64,000 bases of DNA from an uncultured Piscirickettsiaceae bacterium (GCA_964344325.1 CAYFMX010000005.1:9013-73012); one strand, 5' to 3'; shown: positions 29,044 through 41,104, counted from the stretch's first letter. A program made the numbers and translations. The notes: generated by a model from the letters alone, not told the origin.

Positions 29044-29373
29044 ATGCAAGAGATCAACACAATAGAAGAAGTACAAACCCTCCTCCAAACCGAATCAGCA
29101 GCTTTGCTCTATTTCACCACACCAGAATGCAACGTTTGCAAAGTGCTGCGCCCCAAACTGGAGGCGTTACTGGAAGAGCATTACCTAACGCTCCAACGCT
29201 ACACCATCAATCTGGAGCAAGCCCCGGAAATCGCCGGACAATATCAGGTATTTACCGCTCCAACGGTGGCAGTGTTCCTCGACGGGCGTGAATTTGTGCG
29301 CAAATCGCGCAATTTCAGCCCGATGGAGTTGATTGAAGAACTACGCCGCCCGTGGGAATTGATGCACAGCTAA
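29044..29373 (+). CDS. thioredoxin-like protein
   Basis: …LLYFTTPECNVCKVLRPKLE… CxxC motif in thioredoxin-fold context. Start taken at MQEINT. Confidence 0.7.
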   Translation: MQEINTIEEVQTLLQTESAALLYFTTPECNVCKVLRPKLEALLEEHYLTLQRYTINLEQAPEIAGQYQVFTAPTVAVFLDGREFVRKSRNFSPMELIEELRRPWELMHS

Positions 29374-29731
29374 AGCCTGCTATTCATCAGATGCGGTAAT
29401 TCACCGCTTCAGATTGAGTTGACCACAACATTGATGATCGTTATCTATACCCCGATCATCTCCACCTGATTACTGACGTTGCTGACGGGGTTAGAAACCG
29501 TTATTTCCGGGCGATAGAATGTCACTCTCACAAAGCAGGAGTCTGGAAAAGCAAAATTGACAGATTTCCGATGACAGTCTTTGGGAATGGCGAACCCTTT
29601 GCGAAAAGACAGCAAGATAAACAACAGCGGGATAAACAATAATGCGTTGATTAGAAAAGTTGATTTCCCTTTCTATCAATAAACCGCTTCCATAACCATT
29701 TCCAAACTGCAACAAAAGCGAGGGAATGATT

Positions 29732-30157
29732 ATGGCAGACCAGCATGTAAAAATTGTGCAACGCACCGTAGATGGCATTCATTCCATCCACGCAAGCCGA
29801 AAAAACAAGGCGGTCGATATCGCCGCCCACGATATGGAGCACAATTACAATGAACGTTCAGGCAACCACCGGCAACCCGGCCACATTTACCTGACACTCA
29901 CCAGCTTTAAAGATACGGATGCAAGAAAAATTGTAAAAATCTGGAAGGCGTTGGATATGTATGTGGGCGGATGCCACAATCTTCCCAAAGGGATGTGCCA
30001 CTACCCCGTATCCGCCGCATGGACAGAAGACGGGGAAACAGTGAAAGTGGCCTATTATTGGGGGAGCAATACGGATGCGCTAAGTGCGTATGACCAAATT
30101 GCAGTCATACGGAAACATTTCAACAATGAAGGGCATACGGTCATCGTCGAAAAATAG
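29732..30157 (+). CDS. hypothetical protein
   Basis: 141-aa ORF, no recognisable motif. Preceded by a 350-bp spacer and followed by a strong terminator. Confidence 0.4.
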   Translation: MADQHVKIVQRTVDGIHSIHASRKNKAVDIAAHDMEHNYNERSGNHRQPGHIYLTLTSFKDTDARKIVKIWKALDMYVGGCHNLPKGMCHYPVSAAWTEDGETVKVAYYWGSNTDALSAYDQIAVIRKHFNNEGHTVIVEK

Positions 30158-30190
30158 AATCGTCAGTCTGATCTCATATTTGATGGAAAC

Positions 30191-30221
30191 AAAAAACCGG
30201 AGAAATCTCTCCGGTTTTTTA
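30191..30221. terminator. bidirectional rho-independent terminator
   Basis: aaaaaaccggagaaatctctccggtttttta. Confidence 0.85.
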
Positions 30222-30352
30222 TGCAACGCCCTTCGGCAATAAAGACAATTCAGCTCAGAAACTTGTTATTTCGAGTGTAGCGAGAAATCTATTTCATTGT
30301 TTTGAAGATTTCTCCGCGTTTCTCGTCGAAATTGACGATACCTTTTGCAATC

Positions 30353-30997
30353 TTATCTACGCCCACGTCTACCACCGCCAAAACCGGAAGAACGCCGTTT
30401 ACTGCCAAACAGTCCAGAACTCGGTTTGGAGCGACTTCCAGAAGTTGCCCTACTTGAAGAAGCTGGCTTACTCTGCATACTCTTGCTTGCGTTGCGCATA
30501 TTGCGTTGTGCACGCTGATTCTGTTGCTGCTGATGCTGCTGGAAGTTGGAATTCCCCGCCATTTTGTTGGCGATCATTCCGCCAATCAGCGAGCCAGCGG
30601 CGGAAGCCAAAATCATCTCGCCCAAGCTTAAACCACCACTCTCCATTGCAGGTTGGTTGAGCGCAGATTCACCTGCCTCAAATTTTGCCGCTTCCGCTTC
30701 TGCAATCTGCGTCAATTCTGCCTCACTGAGCATCCGCTGATTACCATCCAGTTCTGTCAAACTTGCGCTGGTTTTCCCATCATTGGATGGATATTTCCCC
30801 GTCAACTCATACGTATCCGGATTAGCACCCGTCTGCGTAATCATCAGAAACAACCCCTGCTCTGCTGCCTGCGAAATACTGTTCTCCGCATTTTGCGAAC
30901 CTTGCTCGCCACAACCTGAAAGCCCAACTGCCATTGTTACCCCAAGGCTAATAGAAATAGCATACGGGATGATCTTTTTGCTCTTTCGTTGATTCAC
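30353..30997 (-). CDS. lipoprotein with glycine-zipper segment and Q/S/R/G-rich basic tail
   Basis: Lipobox LSGCG. …GEMILASAAGSLIGGMIANKMAG glycine zipper. C-terminus QQHQQQQNQRAQRN…GGGRRGRR. Confidence 0.55.
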   Translation of the reverse strand: MNQRKSKKIIPYAISISLGVTMAVGLSGCGEQGSQNAENSISQAAEQGLFLMITQTGANPDTYELTGKYPSNDGKTSASLTELDGNQRMLSEAELTQIAEAEAAKFEAGESALNQPAMESGGLSLGEMILASAAGSLIGGMIANKMAGNSNFQQHQQQQNQRAQRNMRNASKSMQSKPASSSRATSGSRSKPSSGLFGSKRRSSGFGGGRRGRR

Positions 30998-31174
30998 GCT
31001 TCAAAACTCCTGATTGATTGAATGTAATGAAATACAGCTGTCTAAGACAAGATGTTAAAAAAAATACTTACAAAGGAATTCGCCAAAAAACTGGCAAATC
31101 ATAATATGTTGTTACGGTATTGTCGCGCATCTGTGCATTACTTTTTAGGAGGTGAAATTAAGAGATAGAATTAC

Positions 31175-32065
31175 TTACAGACTCGTTAATTGTTCCAGCA
31201 ACGGCGTAATCTCTTCCGTAAATAGCAGCGTATCGGCGATAAACCGCTCGTTTTTATCTTCCGCCTCAATCTCTTCCTGCGTTTCCGCAATCACCTCCAG
31301 TGGCTTGATGCGCCGCAATCCCAATTCCTGATCCAAAACAAACGAAACACGGTCATTCCACGTCATTGCCAGTTTGGCAACGAAACTTTGCTGCTCCAGT
31401 TGCTTGCGGATATTCGGCTGTGTGATGTCCATATTTTTACAGCGCATGATCCCCGCTTGCTCGCTGTTTTCATGAATTTCACACTCATCATCCAAAGCAA
31501 AATTGGTCGGCAAATTGCCATGAAACAACCAGCGACTCATCGCCTGCGCTGGAGAAATTTCCAAATCATCCAACGGTGATCCAATCTTGAGCGAACCAAT
31601 CGACTCACGCAGCAAAACCGTTAGCTCTTCTGCCTGCTTTGCGCTGGCAGAATCAATCAACAACCACTGTTTTTCCGGATCAATCAATGCATAAATCGTA
31701 CGCGATTTGGTGAAGGCACGCGGTAGCATTTCTAGCGTAATCTCTTCCTTCAACTGACGTTTTTCACGCGCAGCAATTTCGCGGTTTTCGTCTGCTTCCA
31801 GTTGCGCGACTTTCTCATCCAATGCCTCTTTCACCACACTCATCGGCAGAATTTTCTCTTGCCGTTTCGCCGCAATCAGCAGCCGGTTGCCGATTTTGAG
31901 CGTCAGCGCAGAACCTTCTGGCAATGGCGGTTGCCAACCAAAGGTAGACATCTCTAACGCGCCACATTTACGGGCTGTGCGTTCCGCAAGACGCGTTTCC
32001 AGCACCTCATCAGGAATGGTGAACGGTTCCGAAAGCGGAAAAATAGTCAGATTTTTAAACCACAT
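31175..32065 (-). CDS. rdgC: recombination-associated protein RdgC
   Basis: MWFKNLTIFPLSEPF… N-terminus and length match RdgC. Confidence 0.9.
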   Translation of the reverse strand: MWFKNLTIFPLSEPFTIPDEVLETRLAERTARKCGALEMSTFGWQPPLPEGSALTLKIGNRLLIAAKRQEKILPMSVVKEALDEKVAQLEADENREIAAREKRQLKEEITLEMLPRAFTKSRTIYALIDPEKQWLLIDSASAKQAEELTVLLRESIGSLKIGSPLDDLEISPAQAMSRWLFHGNLPTNFALDDECEIHENSEQAGIMRCKNMDITQPNIRKQLEQQSFVAKLAMTWNDRVSFVLDQELGLRRIKPLEVIAETQEEIEAEDKNERFIADTLLFTEEITPLLEQLTSL

Positions 32066-32197
32066 AAAACAGATTCTTTGAGTGAAATTTGGAGTGATGT
32101 TAGATGTACTTCTTGACGTAATTTTTAGCGTAATCTTTGAAAGTCACAGTGTGACTTTGAAGAAATAGCAACGGAAATTGTGTAGAAATGGTTTAGA

Positions 32198-33262
32198 TCA
32201 GCTTTTCCGCATTGCGCTCAGAAATGCCCGATTCTCTTCTGGCGTGCTGACGGTAACCCGCAAACAATCTTTCAACGAACTACCCGCGCCATCCAGATTT
32301 TTGACCAACACCCCATGCGTTTTAAGCCGCTCAAACAACGCTGTCGCTGTGCCTGTGTTCACGCGGAACAGGATAAAATTTGCCCGGCTCGGATAGACAT
32401 GCTCCACGCCATCTATCTCTGACAATCCCAGCATCAGCGCAGTTCGTGCCTCACGGATCAGCCGTGCCTGCTCCTGCAAAACACCCTCATGCTCCAGAAT
32501 AAACGAAGCTGTCGCCTGCGTTAGTACATTAATGTTGTACGGCAGACGCACTTTGTTGATTTCATCAATCCATTTTGCCGCACCTGCTAACAGGCCAAGC
32601 CTTAATCCTGCCAGCCCCATTTTCGAAACGGTGCGCATTACCAGCAAATTAGGAAATTCGTCCAGACGTGGCATAAAACTCTCTTTGGCGAAAACATGAT
32701 ATGCCTCATCCACTACCACAAAACCGGGTGCAACCTGCAAAATCTGCTCAATCGCATTCACATCAAACAAATTACCGGTCGGATTATTCGGATAAGCGAG
32801 AAAAATCACTGCCGGTTGGTGCTGTTCAATGGCATCCAACATTGCAGACAAATCAAGCTGAAAATGCTCATCCAACGGCACGCCAACAAACGGCATATCA
32901 ACAAATTGCGCTGTCATTTTGTACATGACAAAAGTTGGCTCCGGCGCAAGCACAACGCGATCCTTACCTGAAACCGCCATCAGGATCATCTGGATCAGCT
33001 CATCTGAACCGTTGCCCAATACTACATTGGCACTTTCCGGAATTTCCATCGCATTGCGTAATTGCGCAGTGAGCGTTTTTGCTGCTGGATCGGGATAGCG
33101 GTTAATTTCGACTGTTTTCAGCTTTTCCAACCACGCATCGACCAAATCGGCTAGCCAGTGATAGGGGTTTTCCATCGCATCCAGTTTGATGCAATTTTCC
33201 GGATCAGGAACATGGTACGCGGAAAGCGCGCGGATTTCCGGGCGGATTAAATTCGGCAACAT
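32198..33262 (-). CDS. hisC: histidinol-phosphate aminotransferase
   Basis: Class II aminotransferase with PLP-Lys context (…VMRTVSKMGLAGLRLG…). In a his cluster. Confidence 0.9.
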   Translation of the reverse strand: MLPNLIRPEIRALSAYHVPDPENCIKLDAMENPYHWLADLVDAWLEKLKTVEINRYPDPAAKTLTAQLRNAMEIPESANVVLGNGSDELIQMILMAVSGKDRVVLAPEPTFVMYKMTAQFVDMPFVGVPLDEHFQLDLSAMLDAIEQHQPAVIFLAYPNNPTGNLFDVNAIEQILQVAPGFVVVDEAYHVFAKESFMPRLDEFPNLLVMRTVSKMGLAGLRLGLLAGAAKWIDEINKVRLPYNINVLTQATASFILEHEGVLQEQARLIREARTALMLGLSEIDGVEHVYPSRANFILFRVNTGTATALFERLKTHGVLVKNLDGAGSSLKDCLRVTVSTPEENRAFLSAMRKS

Positions 33263-33512
33263 AATGTAAAACCTTGTAGGGGCGTATCGCCATACGCCCC
33301 GTTTACTGAAAATAGGAAAATATTAGCGGACAAAATGCCATTCAGCCCTTCAGGAGGAGTTATTAGAAAAGATTACAGCTATTTTTTTTTGCGGTTTTCC
33401 CACCACACACGAAACGCATATCCAAAGGTCACCGGAGTGGAAATAATAAAAATCCACGTTACCAGCAACTCATATCCGTTCATCTCCCCCATTCTGCTCA
33501 TAATCACATCCA

Positions 33513-33692
33513 TCATGATTTTTGCTCCAAAACGTAAGCCAATACGAGCGTATCCACCGCTACACCTAAATGAATAAACAACGTATCTAGAGCGATTTTA
33601 TCAGCAAAGAAACCAACCACACCCGCTAACAAGAACCCTTTGCTCACATCGGATAAATATTTGCTAAGCAAATCGCGCTGTTTGATATTCAT
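33513..33692 (-). CDS. putative small membrane protein (59 aa) between hisD and hisC
   Basis: MNIKQRDLLSKYLSDVSKGFLLAGVVGFFADKIALDTLFIHLGVAVDTLVLAYVLEQKS. Starts 18 nt after the hisD stop. Below the ORF-track size cutoff. Confidence 0.3.
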   Translation of the reverse strand: MNIKQRDLLSKYLSDVSKGFLLAGVVGFFADKIALDTLFIHLGVAVDTLVLAYVLEQKS

Positions 33693-33710
33693 GAAAACAA
33701 CAATTATGCG

Positions 33711-35003
33711 TTATGACTTGATCCGGAACTCTGCCGAACGCGCATGCGCTGTCAGCCCTTCACCCCGCGCCAAGACAGAAGCTGTTTTACCCAAACCAGA
33801 TGCGCCATTTTCAGAGCAGAAAATCAGACTAGAGCGTTTCTGGAAATCGTAGACACCTAGTGGCGAAGAGAACCGTGCTGTACGTGAGGTCGGCAATACA
33901 TGGTTCGGCCCCGCGCAATAATCTCCCAATGCCTCTGCGGTATACCGTCCCATAAAGATCGCCCCAGCATGGCGGATTTTCGGCAACATCGCTTTCGGGT
34001 CTTCGACCGATAATTCCAGATGCTCTGGTGCAATAATATTGGTCACGGTTGCTGCTTCATCTAGATTATTCACTTGAATCAACGCACCACGATCTTTCAA
34101 TGCAGTTTCGATAATTTCCTTGCGCTCCATCGTTGGCAACAATTTTTCAATACTCGCTTCCACATCTTTCAGGAAATTGGCATCCGGGGAAACCAGAATC
34201 GACTGCGCATCTTCATCATGTTCCGCCTGCGAAAACAAATCCATCGCAATCCAGTCCGGATCAGTTTTACCATCGCATACCACCAAAATTTCTGATGGCC
34301 CGGCGATCATATCGATACCAACATCACCAAACACCATTCCTTTCGCCGTCGCGACATAAATGTTGCCCGGCCCAACAATTTTATCCACCTGTGGAACCGT
34401 CTCCGTACCATAGGCCAATGCAGCAACTGCTTGCGCCCCGCCGACTGCAAATACCTTGTCCACACTGGAAATTGCCGCAGCTGCCAATACCAGTTCGTTG
34501 ACTGTGCCATCCGGTGTTGGCACCACCATAATCAGTTCTTCCACACCTGCCACTTTTGCCGGAATCGCATTCATCAATACAGATGATGGATAGGCCGCTT
34601 TGCCACCTGGCACATACAAGCCGACGCGATCCAGTGGTGTCACTTGCTGACCTAACATCGTGCCATCGTCTTCAGTGTAACTCCACGACTCCATTTTCTG
34701 GCGTTCGTGATAGATGCGGATACGCCCGGCTGCGCGTTCCAATGCTTCGCGCTGATCAGCTGGTAAATCATTCAATGCCTGCTGCAAACGATCTTGGGGT
34801 ATCGTCAATTCCTGCATATCTGCAGCAGAAAGGCGGTCAAATTTATTCGTGTATTCCACCAATGCCGCATCGCCACGCTGGCGGATATTCTGGATCACTT
34901 CTCGAACTGTGCTCTGCACCGATTCGTTGGAGACGCTCTCCCATGCCAACAGCTGATCGAGTTCTGCATGGAAATTAGAATCTGCGTAATTTAATTTTTT
35001 CAT
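33711..35003 (-). CDS. hisD: histidinol dehydrogenase
   Basis: Full-length 430 aa with HisD motifs (…[14 protein letters not shown]…). Confidence 0.95.
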   Translation of the reverse strand: MKKLNYADSNFHAELDQLLAWESVSNESVQSTVREVIQNIRQRGDAALVEYTNKFDRLSAADMQELTIPQDRLQQALNDLPADQREALERAAGRIRIYHERQKMESWSYTEDDGTMLGQQVTPLDRVGLYVPGGKAAYPSSVLMNAIPAKVAGVEELIMVVPTPDGTVNELVLAAAAISSVDKVFAVGGAQAVAALAYGTETVPQVDKIVGPGNIYVATAKGMVFGDVGIDMIAGPSEILVVCDGKTDPDWIAMDLFSQAEHDEDAQSILVSPDANFLKDVEASIEKLLPTMERKEIIETALKDRGALIQVNNLDEAATVTNIIAPEHLELSVEDPKAMLPKIRHAGAIFMGRYTAEALGDYCAGPNHVLPTSRTARFSSPLGVYDFQKRSSLIFCSENGASGLGKTASVLARGEGLTAHARSAEFRIKS

Positions 35004-35140
35004 GATCTTTGATTTTCAATAACTTTCTTGTAAGAGCATACTCATTATGTGTGCCCTATTAAATTTGTGTCTATCTGATCGTTATGCCCTAAACAAAAAG
35101 GGCAGACACGTTGGTCTACCCCTACAAAACCGCATCAATT

Positions 35141-35827
35141 TTACGATGCATTGCGTTCTGCAACCGCCTTCGCCAACCGCTCAATTAACGGTTTCACTTG
35201 TCGATGTTTGGTTTTCATTGAGGCTTTGTTAACGACCAATCGTGAACTGATCTGTGCAATCTCTTCTAGCGGCTCCAAGCCATTCGCTTCCAACGTACTG
35301 CCTGTTTCGACCAGATCGACAATCCGGTCAGCAAGCCCGACCAACGGCGCCAATTCCATCGCCCCATAAAGCTTGATAATGTCGGCCTGCTCGCCCTTGG
35401 AGGCAAAATAGTGCTTGGCAATATTGGTATATTTGGTCGCGATACGGATACGACCTTGCGGCTCCGGCGCACCGACTACGCCCGCTGTCATCATCCGGCA
35501 TTTGGCAATCTGCAAATCAAGCGGTTCGTAAAGGTCTGCACCGCCTTGCTCCAGCAACACATCTTTTCCAGCGACCCCCAAATCTGCCACACCGCGCTGG
35601 ACAAAGGTCGGCACGTCGGTGGCGCGGATCACCACCACTTTTACACCTTCCAGATTCGTATCAAGAATCAACTTGCGGCTCGTCACCGGATCGTCAACCG
35701 GACGGATGCCCGCGTATTCCAGCAATGGCAAAGTGTCCTTGTAGATGCGCCCTTTGGAAAGCGCAATCACCAGAGAATTGTCTGCCGGGTTACTTGCCAA
35801 ATTATCTGTCTGATCCGAAACATGCAT
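35141..35827 (-). CDS. hisG: ATP phosphoribosyltransferase, short form (HisG-S)
   Basis: …[23 protein letters not shown]… Length of the conserved core about 208 aa, implying short-form HisG. True start is probably downstream of the track ORF start. Confidence 0.9.
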   Translation of the reverse strand: MHVSDQTDNLASNPADNSLVIALSKGRIYKDTLPLLEYAGIRPVDDPVTSRKLILDTNLEGVKVVVIRATDVPTFVQRGVADLGVAGKDVLLEQGGADLYEPLDLQIAKCRMMTAGVVGAPEPQGRIRIATKYTNIAKHYFASKGEQADIIKLYGAMELAPLVGLADRIVDLVETGSTLEANGLEPLEEIAQISSRLVVNKASMKTKHRQVKPLIERLAKAVAERNAS

Positions 35828-35880
35828 GGGATGAAAAACCTGTCAAAAATGATGCAAAAACTTCGAAGTATACCGGAAAC

Positions 35881-37191
<1,311 letters not shown>

Positions 37192-37959
37192 TTACCCACG
37201 CAGTTTATACCCGGAATGGAGCATCAAAAAACTGATTCCGCCCAAAGCCACGAAAAATCCGCCGGCAACCGCAACACTCAGCATTGGCGCGACATCCGAA
37301 ACGCCCAAAAAACCGAAGCGGAAACCATCAATTAGATAAAACAGTGGATTCCAGACCGAAACCTGCTGCCAAAAAGATGGCAAACTGTGGATCGAATAGA
37401 AAACCCCGCTCAGGAAGGTCAGTGGCAACACCACAAAATTTTGGAATGCAGAGATATGATCATATTTTTCTGCCCAAATCCCGCCGATCACGCCCAACGC
37501 CCCCATCACTGCACTGGCCAATAATGCAAACAACAGTACAATCCCCAACGAATGAATTTGCAAATCGACAAACAGCAACGCCCCAAGCAGAACCGTGCCA
37601 CCAACCATAATTCCGCGTGCAATCGCTGCGCCGACAAAGGCAAAAAAGAAACCAGTCGGTGAAATCGGCGACACCAGCACAAACAGGATGTTCCCATTCA
37701 CTTTCGACTGCAAAATGCTGGAAGAACTATTGGCAAATGCGTTTTGCAGCATCGCCATCATCACCAGCCCAGGCACCAAAAACTGCGCATACTGATGGCC
37801 TTCGTAGACCTCAATCGCCTCGTCAAACACCACACCAAACACCAGCAAATAGAGCAACGTGGAAACCATCGGTGCAAGCACCGTCTGGATAAAAACTTTC
37901 AGAAAACGGTAAACCTCTTTTTTGAAGAGCGTCCAGATGCCAAACCAACGGTTACTCAT
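37192..37959 (-). CDS. ABC-2 type transporter permease (YadH-like)
   Basis: 6-TM ABC-2 permease. Overlaps the upstream ATPase gene by 4 nt. Confidence 0.85.
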   Translation of the reverse strand: MSNRWFGIWTLFKKEVYRFLKVFIQTVLAPMVSTLLYLLVFGVVFDEAIEVYEGHQYAQFLVPGLVMMAMLQNAFANSSSSILQSKVNGNILFVLVSPISPTGFFFAFVGAAIARGIMVGGTVLLGALLFVDLQIHSLGIVLLFALLASAVMGALGVIGGIWAEKYDHISAFQNFVVLPLTFLSGVFYSIHSLPSFWQQVSVWNPLFYLIDGFRFGFLGVSDVAPMLSVAVAGGFFVALGGISFLMLHSGYKLRG

Positions 37960-38690
37960 GCATCTTTCCCCTTTTCAGTCAAGGAGACAAAAATATCCTC
38001 CAATGTCCAATCTGGGTACTTCGCCATCAATGCTTCTTTCTGCTCCAATGCGACTAGCTGCCCGTAATTGAGGATTGCAATGCGATCACACATTGCTTCT
38101 GCCTCTTCAAGATAGTGAGTCGTCAGCAAAATTGTGTGCCCCTCCTGATTGAGCCGATCCGCAAACGTCCACAACGCCCGGCGCAATTCCACATCAACGC
38201 CAGCAGTCGGTTCGTCCAGCACCACAACCGGCGGACGGTGTACCAATGCTTGCGCAATCAACACACGGCGTTTCATCCCGCCAGAAAGCTGCTGCATATT
38301 GACGTTGGCCTTGTCGCTGAGATTGAGCGTCTCTAGCAACTCTTCCAACCACGGCTGATTTTCGCGTCCTAACCCGAAATAACCAGACTGGATTTTCAGC
38401 AGTTCAATCACTGAAAAAAACGGATCGTAAATCAGTTCTTGCGGCACAATGCCAATTGATTGGCGTGTCTTGTGATACTGCGCAACCACATCATTGCCCA
38501 GCACCCGCACCTGCCCGGAAGTCGCCCGCACCAACCCAGCCATGATGTTGATCAGCGTCGATTTTCCTGCGCCATTGGGGCCTAGCAGGCCGAAAAACTC
38601 TCCTTGAGTAATCGAAAACTCAATCCCGTTCAACGCATGGAGACTACCGTATTGTTTACGGACATCTATCAGTTCAACCGCAGCCTGCAT
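37956..38690 (-). CDS. ABC transporter ATP-binding protein (YadG-like)
   Basis: Walker A GPNGAGKST, signature LSGGMKRR, Walker B VVVLDEPT. Confidence 0.9.
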   Translation of the reverse strand: MQAAVELIDVRKQYGSLHALNGIEFSITQGEFFGLLGPNGAGKSTLINIMAGLVRATSGQVRVLGNDVVAQYHKTRQSIGIVPQELIYDPFFSVIELLKIQSGYFGLGRENQPWLEELLETLNLSDKANVNMQQLSGGMKRRVLIAQALVHRPPVVVLDEPTAGVDVELRRALWTFADRLNQEGHTILLTTHYLEEAEAMCDRIAILNYGQLVALEQKEALMAKYPDWTLEDIFVSLTEKGKDA

Positions 38691-38825
38691 GCAATACCCA
38701 CAAAATTAACTGATCCAAAACAAAGAACCCCGTAGCATGCTACGGGGTATGTAAACCAAAAGTAAGGAACTCACTTAAAAAAATAGAATACTCTCTTATT
38801 TTTCTATTTTTACTAACACAATATT

Positions 38826-39545
38826 CTACGATTTACTATGATTATGCTCGTGCAAGCGACGGATCAATCCATCTATACCATTGTGATCTATTTCTGTGCG
38901 AAAGCTGGATTGGTAACTTTTGACTAAACTGATTCCCTCCACCACAACATCAAATACTTTCCATTTGCCTGACAACTTCTCCTTACGCAACCGGAAGGCA
39001 ATGGGCATTCCCGGTCCATCTCTATCCTGCAAGTCATAAAAACTGGCATGTACTACTGTGCTTGTCTTGCCTCGTTGTAGAATATGCGGAGAAAATTCTA
39101 CCTGTTTTCCTTGAAACCCGAGCAATGCGGTCGCATAAGTATGGATCAGCATCTGTTTGAATGCATCCTGAAAATCATCTTTCTGTTGTTCTGAAATAGC
39201 CTTCCAATGCTTCCCCAACATCCAGATCGACATCACATCAAAATCCAGAATTGGGAGAATGAGTTCATCCACCAACTCTAGAGCCACTTGATAAACTTCG
39301 CCATCTCCCTCGCGCATCCGCGATTCTTCCTTCTCCAAGCGTTCCAATACCTTTATTGTCACACCGCGGAGCATCTCATCTGGCCGATCTTCAACATCTT
39401 GAAAAGCCTGTGCCTGCGACCCTGCAACATCTTGAAAAGCCTGTGCCTGCGACCCTGCAACATCTTGAAAAGCCTGTGCCTGCGACCCTAGCATTACGAA
39501 AAAAAGGAAAAATAATGAAAACAATACCGGATTTTTTTTAAGCAT
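38826..39545 (-). CDS. mlaC: MlaC/Ttg2D-family periplasmic phospholipid-binding protein with N-terminal triplicated 11-aa repeat
   Basis: Signal peptide, then GSQAQAFQDVA repeated three times (33-bp DNA repeats, 39380..39480), then the MlaC fold region (…LDFDVMSIWMLGKHWKAISEQQKDDF…). Confidence 0.75.
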   Translation of the reverse strand: MLKKNPVLFSLFFLFFVMLGSQAQAFQDVAGSQAQAFQDVAGSQAQAFQDVEDRPDEMLRGVTIKVLERLEKEESRMREGDGEVYQVALELVDELILPILDFDVMSIWMLGKHWKAISEQQKDDFQDAFKQMLIHTYATALLGFQGKQVEFSPHILQRGKTSTVVHASFYDLQDRDGPGMPIAFRLRKEKLSGKWKVFDVVVEGISLVKSYQSSFRTEIDHNGIDGLIRRLHEHNHSKS

Positions 39546-39746
39546 CTTGCGAATATCCTGATCTAAAATTCTATACTGGGTATCCTAGTTTTTTTTAATT
39601 TAATTCTCTGATTTTTCTAAAGCTTGTATCAATCATCCTCCCCCACTCAACATAGCAATGACTATGTCTAAAACAATATTATGTCTAAACGACTGCGTAT
39701 AGCATAGCACGCAATTATAAACAAAGCCGCTCCATCTCTGGAAAAC

Positions 39747-40331
39747 TTATTTTCCGCCAAAAGAACCTCGATTCATCAGGAAGTGACCAATAACTTGCTC
39801 CAAGGCAATGGAGGATTGAGTCATCTGAATTTCCTCGCCTGGCCGCAAGAATTTTTCTGCGCCGCCCCCTGGTTCCAGACCAATGTATTGTTCTCCCAAC
39901 ATCCCGGAGGTAAGGATGGATGCTGAAGCATCCTGATACAAGGCCGTTGTACAATCTGCTGTCGCAGTTTCCAGCTCTTCCACGCTACATAAAGCAGGTC
40001 TGCCTTGCGCATCCAGTTCAACTTCCCCAGAGGACTTAACGCGTTGCAACGGCAGTTTTTCCGCATCCAGTTCGAGTACTACAGTAGCGCGATAATTACT
40101 GCTATCCAGTAAAATCTCTTGTACGCGCCCAACCTGTACTCCGGAAATCCGTACTGGCGCACGTGTTTTTAGCCCACCGATCTCACCAAACTGCGCCGTA
40201 ATCCAATATCCATTTTTATTGTGCAAACCATCTGCTAACCCGCCGACATAAAATGCAACTGCCAGCAGTGCAACGATGCCAAAGCCGACAAACAATCCAA
40301 CCCAAATTTCCAGTATCCGTTTCTGCCTCAT
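39747..40331 (-). CDS. mlaD: MlaD (MCE-domain) protein
   Basis: N-terminal TM, then MCE domain (…YWITAQFGEIGGLKTRAPVRISGVQVGRVQEI…). Confidence 0.85.
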   Translation of the reverse strand: MRQKRILEIWVGLFVGFGIVALLAVAFYVGGLADGLHNKNGYWITAQFGEIGGLKTRAPVRISGVQVGRVQEILLDSSNYRATVVLELDAEKLPLQRVKSSGEVELDAQGRPALCSVEELETATADCTTALYQDASASILTSGMLGEQYIGLEPGGGAEKFLRPGEEIQMTQSSIALEQVIGHFLMNRGSFGGK

Positions 40332-40336
40332 AAAAA

Positions 40337-41104
40337 TTACATTCCTTCAAACATCCATACTGTCAGTAGCAAGTCCAGCCCAAAAACCGCAAAAGCCGAG
40401 AAAACTACTGTACGGGTTGTCGCTTGCCCAACCCCGCCTGCAGTTAGTTCTGTCTCTCGCCCCTCAAATAGCGCGATCCACATCACTGCCCAGCCGAACA
40501 CCAATGCTTTGAGCCAGCCGCCTAATACATCCTCCTCAAAACCGATTCGTCCATCCATTTGTGACCAGAAGGCAGAAGGTTCAACGCCAAACAAAAAGAT
40601 CGACACCAGATAACCGCCACCAATCCCAACCAGCGTAAAAATCGCAACCAGTAACGGTAGCGATACAATCCCAGCCAAAAAACGCGGCGCAACGATCCTT
40701 TCCTGTGGATCTACCGCCATCATTTCCAATGCAGCCCACTGTTCGGTGGTACGCATTAGCCCTATTTCTGCGGTTACTGCTGATCCAGCACGTCCAGCAA
40801 ATAATAATGCTGTCACTACTGGCCCTAATTCCTTTACCAAGGCCAATGCGACGAGCAATCCGATTGTGTCTTCTGCACCAAATTTCGCCAACGTCGGGAA
40901 CATCTGCAATGCCAGCACCATGCCAACGAATAGCCCAGATAGCACCACCAACCATACTGTTTTTACGCCTAGCCCATACATCTGCGGCGCAATCCAATCG
41001 ACACGCCAAAATATCTTTGGTAGTGCTGCCAGAATTTGTCCTAAAAATAGTGTGCCGCGCCCTAGCCATGCCAGAAGTTGCAACGGATTGCGTAAAAAAT
41101 CACG
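40337..41104 (-). CDS. mlaE: MlaE permease
   Basis: …LVALALVKELGPVVTALLFAGRAGSAVTAEIGLMRTTEQWAALEMMAVDP… aligns with E. coli MlaE. Start assigned to the GTG overlapping the mlaF stop rather than the track's extended ORF. Confidence 0.85.
   Translation of the reverse strand, partial: RDFLRNPLQLLAWLGRGTLFLGQILAALPKIFWRVDWIAPQMYGLGVKTVWLVVLSGLFVGMVLALQMFPTLAKFGAEDTIGLLVALALVKELGPVVTALLFAGRAGSAVTAEIGLMRTTEQWAALEMMAVDPQERIVAPRFLAGIVSLPLLVAIFTLVGIGGGYLVSIFLFGVEPSAFWSQMDGRIGFEEDVLGGWLKALVFGWAVMWIALFEGRETELTAGGVGQATTRTVVFSAFAVFGLDLLLTVWMFEGM

Noticed and set aside
33378-33516. Second small ORF after the 59-aa membrane ORF in the his cluster
   Set aside because: Careful reverse-complement translation gives a stop after 15 codons; not a gene.
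39380-39480. Three direct 33-bp repeats considered as a possible CRISPR fragment
   Set aside because: The repeats are perfectly tandem with no spacers and lie inside the mlaC coding frame, encoding an 11-aa peptide repeat. Not CRISPR.
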